From: an uncultured Undibacter sp.
GTDB lineage: Bacteria > Pseudomonadota > Alphaproteobacteria > Rhizobiales > Xanthobacteraceae
DNA: 64,000 nt
NCBI GenBank assembly: GCA_964563195.1
Contig: CAZLWN010000001.1
Location: 21,834-85,833, forward strand
Reading direction: 5' to 3'
Part shown: one piece after another, positions 19,608-29,109 of the stretch
Layout of the letters: every line of letters starts with the position of its first letter
Position numbering within the stretch: the first letter of the stretch is position 1
Position numbers and translations under genes: made by a program
The notes under the pieces: generated by a model
What the model was told of the DNA's origin: nothing
Database searches by the model: none
The model's input: only the letters and a program-made list of their open reading frames with translations

Positions 19608-20744
19608 TCAGGCGATAACGCAGCGGAACTGCTCGATGAAATGGAATGCCGCCTGCCGGTCGGCGATATGTTTCCGGTACCGATCCTGGCCCGCAGCAGC
19701 GATAGCGCGATACTTTCCGTAATTTGCGATGGCGTCTTCGAGGCGTTGCGCGAAGTCGGAAAGGTCCCAGGAATGCGCCAGCATCGTTTCTCCGGCCGAG
19801 AATAAATCTGGCCACGTTTCCATGTGGCTCATGTCCGGCTTGAACAGCACGCCGCCGGTAAGGAAGACCTCAAAGTCCTTCAATGTGATCTCGCCGTAAC
19901 CAAACGGGGAAACGATCACCCTGCTCGTCTTCAGCTCTTTGAAATAGCCGCGGCGCTTGAGCTTGCGCGTATCGGCGCGGTACCCGACTATTTCGCGGAT
20001 CTTGCGGCGCTGGTACGAAACGGATGCGCGCGGGTATGTCGCGCCGAAGCGACAAGAAAGCGCTCGCACGCGCGGGGCATACGGAGGCGTGAAGCTTTGC
20101 GGAAATTTCAGCAAGGGAGCGAACGGAATGCGCTGATATATCTTTCCGAGCAGCGGCCCACACAGCGAATGATCTGCAAGGCCCGAATTCCAGGAGACGC
20201 GAAGTTTGCGCAGCAGTTCCGCATCTTTGACCGGAGCGGACCATTCCGGGCTTTCGTCGCAGACTGCAAATTCGCGGTGGTAATAATCGGCATGGGGCCG
20301 GTGCGCGTAAATCGGTTTTAGGTATCGCGCGCGGTCCTTGAGCAGCTGGGCCTTGGCATAACCATGCACGACGGAGAGCAGATTGGACTGCAGCCAGCCC
20401 GAGGAATCGGTGGTGTCGCAGTAAATGACCCGGCAACGCCCCGCCCACGCCGCGAATTGCTCAACGACCTCGCCAGCACGATCTTGCCAGTCGTCGCGGT
20501 GAAATTTGCTGTCGACGAGGAGAACGTCGCAATCGTCCAGGCCGGGCGAAACAGTATTGTAAATTCGACAAGCGAAACCCGTGTCACGCAGCGCGTCGCG
20601 CCACACGATCAACGGGTAAAGGAAAGCCCGGGCGTTTGGCGTTTCGAAGCCGGGCGATAGAACGTGAATTTTTGCCAAATGAACGCCGAGTGCCTTAAGC
20701 GGCTGCGCCCGCGCGCGGCGACAGAAGCACCGTGCGGACGCCAC
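19608..20744 (-). CDS. Hypothetical protein, possible GT-B type glycosyltransferase (CgeB/Glyco_trans_1_2-like C-terminus)
   Basis: Long ORF in operon context. The C-terminal SRVIVSPFGYGEITLKDFEVFLTGGVLF resembles acceptor/donor-domain motifs. No firm family match by eye. The start may be the TTG at 20678 rather than 20744. Confidence 0.45.
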   Translation of the reverse strand: MASARCFCRRARAQPLKALGVHLAKIHVLSPGFETPNARAFLYPLIVWRDALRDTGFACRIYNTVSPGLDDCDVLLVDSKFHRDDWQDRAGEVVEQFAAWAGRCRVIYCDTTDSSGWLQSNLLSVVHGYAKAQLLKDRARYLKPIYAHRPHADYYHREFAVCDESPEWSAPVKDAELLRKLRVSWNSGLADHSLCGPLLGKIYQRIPFAPLLKFPQSFTPPYAPRVRALSCRFGATYPRASVSYQRRKIREIVGYRADTRKLKRRGYFKELKTSRVIVSPFGYGEITLKDFEVFLTGGVLFKPDMSHMETWPDLFSAGETMLAHSWDLSDFAQRLEDAIANYGKYRAIAAAGQDRYRKHIADRQAAFHFIEQFRCVIA

Positions 20745-21654
20745 CGGTGCGGCAAATCAGTTCGATGGAATCGTCGTTGCGCAGGTCTTCAAAGATTACG
20801 CGCTCGACATCGTCGGTCTTGATCGGAGGCAAACCGGTATATCCTAGTGCTTCGATGATCTTCGTGCCCCTCTGAGACGAGGAGCCAGCCACCGCAGTCT
20901 GATAACCTTTCGCGAAAAGTCGCCGCAAAACAGGTTCCAGGTCATGATCGGAGGTATAGCGCGACAAATGCGTCTCGAAAATGATCATCGGCGCCATATC
21001 GCCGCGCTCCACTGCTGGAAGAAGGCCGGTCAGTACTTCAACCTCGTGGCCCTCGACGTCCATTCGGATGAGATCGAGCGGACGGCCCGCGATTATTTCA
21101 GGCACCGTTTTTGTCTCCACGTCGATCGTCTCGCTTTTGAGATGCAACGAGCCTGTCCTCGTGTTATGGAACGTGTTCAGGTTCGACATTTCTGACATGA
21201 AAAATGGCCGCCTCGCGGCCCGGTCGGAGACGGCCGCCTGATGCACTTCGATCCCATCATAACCGTTCAGCGCGAGGTTGCGCTTGAGAAGGCCCACATT
21301 CGAAGGCGAAGGCTCGACCGCGATCAGCGTGCCGCCAGGCATGATTAGGGCGAGCTCCATCAGCGCGTAGTAGCCGATATTGGCGCCGATATCGAGAACG
21401 CTCATGCCCGGACGCAAAATGCGCTCGAGCATGACCTTGTGTTCCAGTTCGCGCTCACCGAACAAAAGAAGCGTTCGTGAAATGCCGCGGTCTTCAAGAT
21501 CAAGTAACATGCGGTAAGAAAAGATACGTCGCTCTACAAATCGACATCCAAGCCACCGCTGTAGTTCGGCAATCATAGCGCAGCCAGCCGCTCGCGCCGT
21601 CGTAGCGACGCCGCGCATGCCAAACGAACTCAGGATATTGGAGATTCTTGGCAT
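20695..21654 (-). CDS. FkbM family methyltransferase
   Basis: VLDIGANIGYYAL, IRMDVEGHEVEVL. Confidence 0.8.
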   Translation of the reverse strand: MPRISNILSSFGMRGVATTARAAGCAMIAELQRWLGCRFVERRIFSYRMLLDLEDRGISRTLLLFGERELEHKVMLERILRPGMSVLDIGANIGYYALMELALIMPGGTLIAVEPSPSNVGLLKRNLALNGYDGIEVHQAAVSDRAARRPFFMSEMSNLNTFHNTRTGSLHLKSETIDVETKTVPEIIAGRPLDLIRMDVEGHEVEVLTGLLPAVERGDMAPMIIFETHLSRYTSDHDLEPVLRRLFAKGYQTAVAGSSSQRGTKIIEALGYTGLPPIKTDDVERVIFEDLRNDDSIELICRTGGVRTVLLSPRAGAAA

Positions 21655-21788
21655 GGTCGTGCCTCATGAGCGGTTATCCTAAGGCCGCATCGACTTTTAT
21701 TGGCCGTTTTCTCAATTAGCATCTGCAAATAAGTACCGAGCAGTTTCTGCTGCGCCCTCTTTACGCATCGTCGATCGCCAAGGCATCC

Positions 21789-22139
21789 GTGGCCAGCAGC
21801 AAAAAGCCCAACGCTGGAAAAGTTCACATCAGCATCAACGAAAAAGTAGCGAAGTCAATTTGCGCCATCGGCTACTGGGACACGTGGAATGGGCACAAGT
21901 CCATCCCCAACACGTCGGATAAGCTCGCAGATGTTATCCCGCTCAACTCGAATGAGGCCGCCCGATGCCTTAAATACGCCTATTCCTCGGCTCGCCCACT
22001 GATGACGATCAGAGAGCAGGTCGATTGGCTTGATTCGAGATACAACTTTTCATGCCGCGACTGCTGGCGAGACAACAATCATTCCCAGATTTTTGCGCGA
22101 CAGCGCGTGGTGTCGCCTATGTTCAGACGGCCTTTTTGA
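21789..22139 (+). CDS. Hypothetical protein (coding status uncertain)
   Basis: 116-aa ORF with a GTG start in an AT-richer gap. No recognisable motif. Confidence 0.2.
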   Translation: MASSKKPNAGKVHISINEKVAKSICAIGYWDTWNGHKSIPNTSDKLADVIPLNSNEAARCLKYAYSSARPLMTIREQVDWLDSRYNFSCRDCWRDNNHSQIFARQRVVSPMFRRPF

Positions 22140-22491
22140 CCGGACAATTTAAGCCTACGTAAACGCATTTGACGCCGCCAACTTTCTGATTACGCGGTTT
22201 TAAGATACCGGCCGGTCGCCGCAACTATTCATGTCGCAGCTTTTTGCCTATCTCGGAATAACCGAGCAACCATTGCCCAATAGCCGCGCCAACGAAGGCG
22301 GCGCAGCGCTAGTTTCGAGAATACGACGGTTTTTCCGTTCATCGATCGGTTGCCTGGAGGCGCCAAAATAGCCGCCAAGGTATCGCTGAATTTTTGCTAA
22401 TGAACAATGACATCCTGCCATCAAAGAGGGAGATCAGAACGCTTCGCGAGCAATATGTTGGCAGCAATGAACGGACCAACCGACTTCCGGC

Positions 22492-23388
22492 TCAAATGGG
22501 TTGTCGAAAATGGCCGTTTTCGACCACGTTTTTCGCGGTTTTTTCGCGCGCGCCTCCATTTCCGCCCGCGCGCGGCGTGAGCACATACTCGCGTAACGCA
22601 AATCGCTCGGGCTTTTGGCCTTGCGCGTCACGTAAGTCGTAGCCGAGTTGGCCGATCAAGGCACTCAGCTTGTCCACAGTTCCACCCAGGGCAACGATCT
22701 CACGCGGATGTACGCTCAGAAAAATAACCGGGCAATGTCGGGACAGCAGTGCTCGGGCACCGCACAAAACACCGATTTCGGCCCCCTCGACATCGATCTT
22801 GATGACGTCTGGGACGATGCCGTACTCCGCGCAGTACGAATCCAGCGACACTTGCCGACAACTTGTTTCGTGATACCCCTGCGCATCTTTTGGGGTTGCA
22901 ATTGTATTCATTCCAGTCGGCTGATTCATCTCAAAGAAACGCACCGCCTCAAGTGGCTCGGCTCCCACAAGAAATGGAACAACCTCTATATTTGCGAAAC
23001 CATTGAGAGTTGCATGTTTCAATAACAGTTCCCGGTTGGCCAGCGCTGGCTCGAAGCAGATAACACGGCCCACCGCGCTCACGACCGATGCAACCGGAAT
23101 CGCCACGAGGCCGATATGCGCGCCGACATCGAGCACACATGTTTTTCCACGACACGCCTCGACGCATTTTTTAAATGCGCCGTTGTGGCCACCGCCCCAA
23201 TTCTCGAAATTACTAAAAGCAAAAAAGCCATCAAGACGAAAGGGGCCATATGGACCAATTCGCGTCGTGACGGTTCGGCTAAGGCCGAACGCCCGATATA
23301 ACCACCGGTACAACCGCCCTAAAGCGAGCCACATGGGCTTGAGCGACTGAAGTGGGCCATGACGCAACCAGCGTAAAAGTGCAATCAT
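22492..23388 (-). CDS. FkbM family methyltransferase (third copy)
   Basis: VLDVGAHIGLVAIP, IKIDVEGAEIGVL. Confidence 0.8.
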   Translation of the reverse strand: MIALLRWLRHGPLQSLKPMWLALGRLYRWLYRAFGLSRTVTTRIGPYGPFRLDGFFAFSNFENWGGGHNGAFKKCVEACRGKTCVLDVGAHIGLVAIPVASVVSAVGRVICFEPALANRELLLKHATLNGFANIEVVPFLVGAEPLEAVRFFEMNQPTGMNTIATPKDAQGYHETSCRQVSLDSYCAEYGIVPDVIKIDVEGAEIGVLCGARALLSRHCPVIFLSVHPREIVALGGTVDKLSALIGQLGYDLRDAQGQKPERFALREYVLTPRAGGNGGAREKTAKNVVENGHFRQPI

Positions 23389-23551
23389 AATTGTAGCTCG
23401 CTTTTGAACTTTGTCGGTCCTCGCCCCGCAACTGGCGGGTCAAAGCAGCCGCACAAATGGTTTCTGTGATAGCAGCAAACGGACCAGCCAAGCCGCTGGA
23501 GCCGCCCGTATTAAACGCCATAAGAGCATTTGCGGCAGCGTCACAGTTTGT

Positions 23552-23809
23552 TCAATCAATTTCGTCGCGCTCCAGGCGCGCACTGACATCATAATAGAAA
23601 ACCACGAGAGCGATCCCGCCGAATTGCACGGTCTTGAAAGCATAGACGCCCCCGCCCGGGGTTGATTCAGAAAAATCGAGATTGCGGATCTTGCCCCCGA
23701 TAAGATATCGCATCGCTTCCCGCATCAGTAGATGATTGATATCAAGCGGCATTGTCTCGGAGTAAGCCCCATTGAACTGGTATGCGACCACATCACTTCT
23801 CATAACCAA
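23552..23809 (-). CDS. Hypothetical small protein (coding status uncertain)
   Basis: 85-aa ORF in an AT-rich gap. No motif recognised. Confidence 0.2.
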   Translation of the reverse strand: MVMRSDVVAYQFNGAYSETMPLDINHLLMREAMRYLIGGKIRNLDFSESTPGGGVYAFKTVQFGGIALVVFYYDVSARLERDEID

Positions 23810-23881
23810 AAGTCATGCTACTCAAATACGCGCTCATTTTTTATCGCAATAATGAACACATTTTTTTCGGCCAGCGCAAAC

Positions 23882-23920
23882 ATGTGCAATCAAAAAACAA
23901 AATGCTGTGTAATTGCACAT
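23882..23920. repeat. Perfect 9-bp inverted repeat ATGTGCAAT-N21-ATTGCACAT just downstream of the 23940 stop
   Basis: Read directly from the sequence. A T-run follows on the plus strand only. Confidence 0.3.
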
Positions 23921-23939
23921 TTTTTCAGGCGGAAACTGG

Positions 23940-25448
23940 CTAGGTGGTGGAGGATTGAGTGTCAGGGGGCATCCTTAGCAATTTTGCGAGAGCATCAAGA
24001 TGGCCGTCGATATCTTCGTCCGGTGAGGTCGTTTCAATTTCAGCATCCACGAGCGCACCCAACCGGCGATCGTATTCGGCAGCGTCTGCGAATATCGGTT
24101 GATCGAGCGCTTGCAAGATAATTTCACCAAGCTTTCCTGGCGCCTCAACAACAGGAGAAAGGCCAGCGACGGAATAGTAATTTTCGCCTAACAAAAGTAA
24201 AGGTCGCCCAAAGACGAGGGCTTCAAATCCCGTGGTGCCGTTGTCGGTAATGACCAATGCGGCATGTTGAATATATTGGAACGGGGAATCCAAGGGATCA
24301 ATCAACGTGACACCGGGATAACGACTAATATCTTTGTAAAACCGTGTCGGACGCCGGCCCTGGTTATTTCTGTGTTCGCGAACGAGCAGACGATAGCCGG
24401 CGGGAATGTTGGCACTAAGCCACGCAATAAGGTTTTTCTGCGAATGCCATTCCGGATGCTGAACGTTAATGGCGAGCTCAGGCTCTTTGTGCAGCGCTAT
24501 ATAAATGTATAGCTTAGTCGAAAGAGCGACCTCTTCAAGCTTAGAAAAGAATTGCTTCTGTCGCCATGCGAGGTAGTTCATGCGATAGACTTCCCACAGT
24601 CTGTTTAAAACCGGCTTGGGCGCTATTTCACGGATGCCACGCAGGTTACGCGATAGTTTCGAGGCACCCTGAAGCGCAAGATTGGCATGCCTCTTTAAAA
24701 ACCTCGCTTTATTCTCCCAATTTCGCTGGATATAAGCGACCGTTCGTGGCCGTATTCGAAATTCCGTCAGAAAGTGCCTGGCCTTGTCGCTCGGCACCTC
24801 TCCGGAAGCGATCTTTCGCTGGCAAATTTCCCGCGCCGCTACATTCATCATCAATCGATCGTCGGTCCAAAATCCGTGATCCGAAAGGATCTTGGACGGA
24901 CGGTTCGCAAAATATGGAATTTTTCTTGCCCTACAGACCAAAAAGAGAACAATCGCTTCCATCGACGCGGTGTGGCCGCCGAGGATGAGATCGGGTTTAA
25001 ACCGATCTAGTAGCTGATCCGAAAAATGAAAAAGTCGCTCGACATAGCGCGCCGGCTCCTCATTATCAGTAAGCACTTTGCGCGACAGACCTATTTCCGG
25101 CCAGTAGTAGAATTCGCGTCCATAACCTCGGCCGACCACGCGCTCGCCAGCCAGGACGATTCGATTGATTGGCAAACGTGAAATTTTTTCGCATTCGCGG
25201 ACTAAATTGCGGACACGGGCCGACGCGACAGGGTCCGCCTCCCAGACGCCGGGCCGACCCATGTCAGGCTGGCAAAAAAAGTCGGCTTGATCGTCGAGCA
25301 ATTCTGCATTCAAACCGGGGCCCGAGGGCGGAACCATTATACCGACGCGCCACCCGAAGCGTTCTTTGCCGCGCGTAATCAGTGGACCCAAAATGTGTTG
25401 GCGGCGCACGTGCGGGAGAAAGAGGACTCTCAGGTTTTCGAGTGTCAT
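23940..25448 (-). CDS. Capsule polysaccharide biosynthesis family protein (KpsS/KpsC-like, Capsule_synth-type), candidate CMP-ulosonate transferase
   Basis: LHKEPELAINVQHPEW...LLVREHRNN...HAALVITDNGTTGFEALVFGRPLLLLG matches the layout of KpsS/KpsC/LpsZ-type proteins as I recall it. The ATG at 25448 overlaps the transketolase stop (ATGA). Confidence 0.5.
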   Translation of the reverse strand: MTLENLRVLFLPHVRRQHILGPLITRGKERFGWRVGIMVPPSGPGLNAELLDDQADFFCQPDMGRPGVWEADPVASARVRNLVRECEKISRLPINRIVLAGERVVGRGYGREFYYWPEIGLSRKVLTDNEEPARYVERLFHFSDQLLDRFKPDLILGGHTASMEAIVLFLVCRARKIPYFANRPSKILSDHGFWTDDRLMMNVAAREICQRKIASGEVPSDKARHFLTEFRIRPRTVAYIQRNWENKARFLKRHANLALQGASKLSRNLRGIREIAPKPVLNRLWEVYRMNYLAWRQKQFFSKLEEVALSTKLYIYIALHKEPELAINVQHPEWHSQKNLIAWLSANIPAGYRLLVREHRNNQGRRPTRFYKDISRYPGVTLIDPLDSPFQYIQHAALVITDNGTTGFEALVFGRPLLLLGENYYSVAGLSPVVEAPGKLGEIILQALDQPIFADAAEYDRRLGALVDAEIETTSPDEDIDGHLDALAKLLRMPPDTQSSTT

Positions 25449-27361
25449 GCGTGTTGCCCGTTGAGCAACTTCTCCGCAGCGCCAAGTATGCCGTCGGCGT
25501 CTAGACCGTGATGGTGAAGCACCTCGTCGTTTCGACCGCATGCCGGAATTTCAGTGAGGCCGAGCAAACGTACCGGCAGCCGGTGGTCCGTAACCGCGAG
25601 CCGAGCCGCAACGCGTTCGCCCTGCCCACCCCACACAAAGTGATTGTCGAGACAAAGCGCAGCCTTGCATCCCGCCACAGATGAAGCGAGCCATGTGTCG
25701 TCAAAACGGGCCAGCCACGGCAAATTGACGATGCGTAAACTTAGGCCCTGAGCAGCCGCATTCTTTCCGGCTTTCCACGCCTCCGCTAGTAGAATGGGCC
25801 CCGACGCAATTATGACGACATCGTCTCCGTCCGCGAGAACTACTCCTCTGCCCTGCTCAAGTCGATAATCAGTCGGTAACGTGAACGGAACATCGACCGG
25901 GATCGAGACCAGACGCAAATAAGTGCTGCCAGAATTATCGCGGACAGCCCATTGTACCGCCATGTTCACTTCCGCCTCACAACAAGGCTCAATCATCGTG
26001 GTGTTCGGTAATGTACCCATGAGTGCAATATCACGTACCGACTGGTGCGAATGCCCTGGCCCTCCCGGCAGCACTCCGGCGAGTGAGCCAACATAAATAA
26101 TCTTTGTCTTCTCAGAATCCGCATTGTAAATCTGTTCATTGGCGCGCGGCGTCAGAAAACACGCAAACGAGTGGACGACGGGAAGGAATCCTGACAATGC
26201 AAGCCCGCTGGCCTGGGAAACCATGTCCTGCTCGGCAATGCCGCATTCGATGAAGCGATCCGGGAAACGTTCTGAAAACGGAATCAGGCCGGTATCGAGC
26301 ACAAGATCGGCGTCAAGCGCGACAAGATTTGGCGTACGATTCGCCTCGGCAAGCAGCGCCTCGCCATAGGCCCGAACCAGGCGCTGCGGGTTGGACGGAG
26401 CGATAACGCCAATCGGCCGACTCTCGGTGACAAGCTGTGGGTCATTGACGCCGAGCTCGGCACATTGCGCACGCGCGGAATCAAGCAATTCGGATATGCC
26501 ACGGCGATAGTCATCGTCACTTGGTGCGCCGGAGTGATACTTGTACCAGCGGCCGTCCATCGCAGGATGTTCCATGAAGGAAATGCCGCGCCCCTTGATG
26601 GTGTCGGCGAGAATGATACTTGGTAGCGCACGCTCGAGCCGAGCATGCTTAACGGCCTCGGCCACGGCGCGCATATCGTGGCCATCGCAATGGAAAACAT
26701 TCCAGCCGAACGCAGCGAATTTTGCTTCAAGATCACCCAAGTCGGCGGTGGCGCTGACCAAGGTGTCCGACTGCACTTTGTTGTGGTCGACAATAACCGT
26801 GATCTCGGAAAGCCCGAGCCGCACCGCGGATCCAAGCGATTCCCAGAATTGTCCCTCCTGCAACTCGCCGTCGCCGGTCATCACGAAAATCTGTTGGCGC
26901 CGGCCCCTCAGACGATTGGCCTTTGCCATGCCCTTGGCCTTGGAAATGCCCATGCCGAGCGAGCCGGTATTGGCTTCGATATAGGGCGTGTGAATGTCCG
27001 GATGGCCGGGCAGACCGCCCAGCCGGCGCAGCTGCATCACCTGATCTTCCGGCAGCAGGCCAAGCGCGATCATGACCGCGTAAAGTCCAGGCGCATCATG
27101 CCCCTTGGAGGAGAAGAAAATGTCCCTCTCCTCGTCGCGGCTCGGTCCGGCCGGTAATCGCATTTCATTAAGGAAAAGCCAGCTCACGATGTCGAGGCTG
27201 GAAAAACTCGAACCGATATGCCCCGAGCCGGCCGCCATGATCATCGATAGCGTGTTGATGCGTGCAAGGGTCGCAAACAATGCGGCGCGCGCGGTTAACG
27301 CCGCGTTGAGTTTGCGCGCGCGATCGAATTCGGCGCGCGGAACGAAGGTCAAAGTCGACAT
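25445..27361 (-). CDS. Transketolase-family ThDP enzyme (N- and C-terminal halves fused in one polypeptide)
   Basis: AAGSGHIGSSFSSLDIV, GSLGMGISKAKG and VMTGDGELQEGQ (ThDP motif GDG...E), followed by pyrimidine-binding and C-terminal domains. I used the ATG at 27361. The track start at 27394 is a TTG. Confidence 0.85.
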   Translation of the reverse strand: MSTLTFVPRAEFDRARKLNAALTARAALFATLARINTLSMIMAAGSGHIGSSFSSLDIVSWLFLNEMRLPAGPSRDEERDIFFSSKGHDAPGLYAVMIALGLLPEDQVMQLRRLGGLPGHPDIHTPYIEANTGSLGMGISKAKGMAKANRLRGRRQQIFVMTGDGELQEGQFWESLGSAVRLGLSEITVIVDHNKVQSDTLVSATADLGDLEAKFAAFGWNVFHCDGHDMRAVAEAVKHARLERALPSIILADTIKGRGISFMEHPAMDGRWYKYHSGAPSDDDYRRGISELLDSARAQCAELGVNDPQLVTESRPIGVIAPSNPQRLVRAYGEALLAEANRTPNLVALDADLVLDTGLIPFSERFPDRFIECGIAEQDMVSQASGLALSGFLPVVHSFACFLTPRANEQIYNADSEKTKIIYVGSLAGVLPGGPGHSHQSVRDIALMGTLPNTTMIEPCCEAEVNMAVQWAVRDNSGSTYLRLVSIPVDVPFTLPTDYRLEQGRGVVLADGDDVVIIASGPILLAEAWKAGKNAAAQGLSLRIVNLPWLARFDDTWLASSVAGCKAALCLDNHFVWGGQGERVAARLAVTDHRLPVRLLGLTEIPACGRNDEVLHHHGLDADGILGAAEKLLNGQHA

Positions 27362-27430
27362 GCGTATTTGGCCGGCGCCTGTGGTGATAATCAAATAGGC
27401 AAAGCTTCAGGACATTTTTTTGCTTCAATA

Positions 27431-28375
27431 CTACTCAGCGGCGACATGCGCCTTCGCATCTGAGGCGATGTATTTCATATAGTCGCATTCTTTCAGCGCT
27501 TTGATCATCTGCTCCTGTTCCGCCTTGTCCAGAGGCCGATAATATCCGGTCATGTGGGGCTCACAGATTCCGCGCAGCGACAACAGGTATTTTTCCTCGG
27601 CGCCGGTGAGGAAATTGTCCTTCTTCGAGGTCTTCGGCATCATGCCGAGGAATTTCATCAAATTGCGATGGCGCGCCAGCGCCTGCTTGTGATCGCCAGC
27701 TTGATAGAGATTGTAGATTTCCTGGAGCGGCTCCGGCAGCGCGCTTGCTATGCTCGACGTCGTTGCCGGCGTGCCCATGGCGAGCGTCGCATAGAACTGG
27801 TTGGCGACCGCCGTCACAACTTGGAAATCCGGCTCCATCAGACCCAGAACTTTGAGCTGATCGACCGTATGCGAGCTTGAGAATTTGACCCCAGTCACAT
27901 TCGGATGCCCTTTTAGACCGGCAACCAGTTCCGGCGTGATATGCTGGCACCAATTCGCGCTTGTATAGAGCCAGAGCGGCTTCGAGGCGTGGTCGGCCAG
28001 ATGCCGATACATCCAGTCGATCCGGTCGAGGCTCATCACGGGCTGATAGGGCATGACGTGGTAGGCGTCGAACTGCAACTCGCGAGTCGCATCCATGAAG
28101 TTCTTCATGTCTTCGAGCGCGAAAAAACCGGACCCCAGCACCAATGGCTTGCGCCCGGCATTTGTCGCACAGATCGTGTGCGCAACCGTCAAGCGCTTCT
28201 TGAACGTAAGGTCCATGTCCTCGCTACCGGTGCCCAGCGCCCAGAAGCCTCCAACATTTTTGGCGGTTAAATAGTTGATCAGCCGTTTGAGGCCTTCAAC
28301 ATCGATGGAGCCGTCGGCATTGACGGGCGTCACGACGACGGGGACGACCCCTTTTAGTGCGCGTGTCTCGATCAT
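27431..28375 (-). CDS. DapA/N-acetylneuraminate-lyase family class I (Schiff-base) pyruvate aldolase
   Basis: GVVPVVVTPVNADGSIDVEGL, ALGTGSEDMDL, and VTGVKFSS (Lys position). 314 aa. ATGA overlap upstream. Confidence 0.8.
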   Translation of the reverse strand: MIETRALKGVVPVVVTPVNADGSIDVEGLKRLINYLTAKNVGGFWALGTGSEDMDLTFKKRLTVAHTICATNAGRKPLVLGSGFFALEDMKNFMDATRELQFDAYHVMPYQPVMSLDRIDWMYRHLADHASKPLWLYTSANWCQHITPELVAGLKGHPNVTGVKFSSSHTVDQLKVLGLMEPDFQVVTAVANQFYATLAMGTPATTSSIASALPEPLQEIYNLYQAGDHKQALARHRNLMKFLGMMPKTSKKDNFLTGAEEKYLLSLRGICEPHMTGYYRPLDKAEQEQMIKALKECDYMKYIASDAKAHVAAE

Positions 28376-29109
28376 GCCTTTGCTTCCTTGCTTCGGCTTC
28401 GGGCGAGATGCTGAAAATAGGCCTCCACCAACACCACATCGGCTGCTTCGTCTATATCTGAAGAATGGTAGCGATCCATTACCAGCGGAATTTGGCGGCG
28501 CGATATCAGTTTACCGGCACGTAGGAAGTAGTCCCGGCGCGCCGCATAGATTGAGGCATTATAGAGATAGAACGGCTCGACAGCCGCGCTTTCCGGCTCA
28601 TCCCGCACATAGGGTTCAAGCACCCCGCCGCGAATGGCTTTTAGGATCGGATCGCGCTTCTTGAACGGTCCCTTCACGCTGGCAAGCGTGTCCAGGTCGG
28701 AATCCCATAAGCGCTGGATTGCTTCGTCTATATGCGCAGAATCGCGAATGGGACAAGTCGGCTGCAACAATACGACAATATCATAACGTTGCGCCCTCGC
28801 CTCTTCCATGTACAACAATGCGTGACGCACCGTGTCGATATTACGAACTTCGTCGCCGCTGAGTTCGGCCGGTCGCTTGAAGGGCACCGGGGCGCCGTAA
28901 CGCTTGGCGATAGCGATGATCTCGTCATCATCTGAGGTTACCAGCCAATCGGTCAGCGCCCGGGAGCCAGCCGCGGCCATGATTGTATGCGCAATGAGCG
29001 GATGGCCTCCGACCGGCAGGATGTTTTTCCGAGGCAGGCGCTTGGAACCGCCACGGGCGGGAATGACCCCGAGGGAACGGGGCAGCCTGTGGGAACGCTC
29101 AGCGGGCAT
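28372..29109 (-). CDS. Acylneuraminate-type cytidylyltransferase (NeuA/LegF/PseF/KdsB-like CMP-sugar synthetase)
   Basis: GVIPARGGSKRLPRKNILPVGGHPLIAHTI, 245 aa. Confidence 0.85.
   Translation of the reverse strand: MPAERSHRLPRSLGVIPARGGSKRLPRKNILPVGGHPLIAHTIMAAAGSRALTDWLVTSDDDEIIAIAKRYGAPVPFKRPAELSGDEVRNIDTVRHALLYMEEARAQRYDIVVLLQPTCPIRDSAHIDEAIQRLWDSDLDTLASVKGPFKKRDPILKAIRGGVLEPYVRDEPESAAVEPFYLYNASIYAARRDYFLRAGKLISRRQIPLVMDRYHSSDIDEAADVVLVEAYFQHLARSRSKEAKA

Noticed and set aside
19591-19815. N-terminal extensions of track ORFs: 17845-19815, 51765-53354, 23940-25541, 29099-30136, 36844-37962, 35286-36293 and 12649-13839.
   Set aside because: The extensions overlap the upstream gene or an IS remnant and are low-complexity. 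Internal ATGs give family-typical N-termini, often with ATGA stop/start coupling.
23882-23920. The 9-bp inverted repeat as a rho-independent terminator for the 23940-25448 operon.
   Set aside because: The loop is 21 nt, and the U-run follows the hairpin only on the plus strand, which is not the transcribed direction. I kept it only as a low-confidence repeat.
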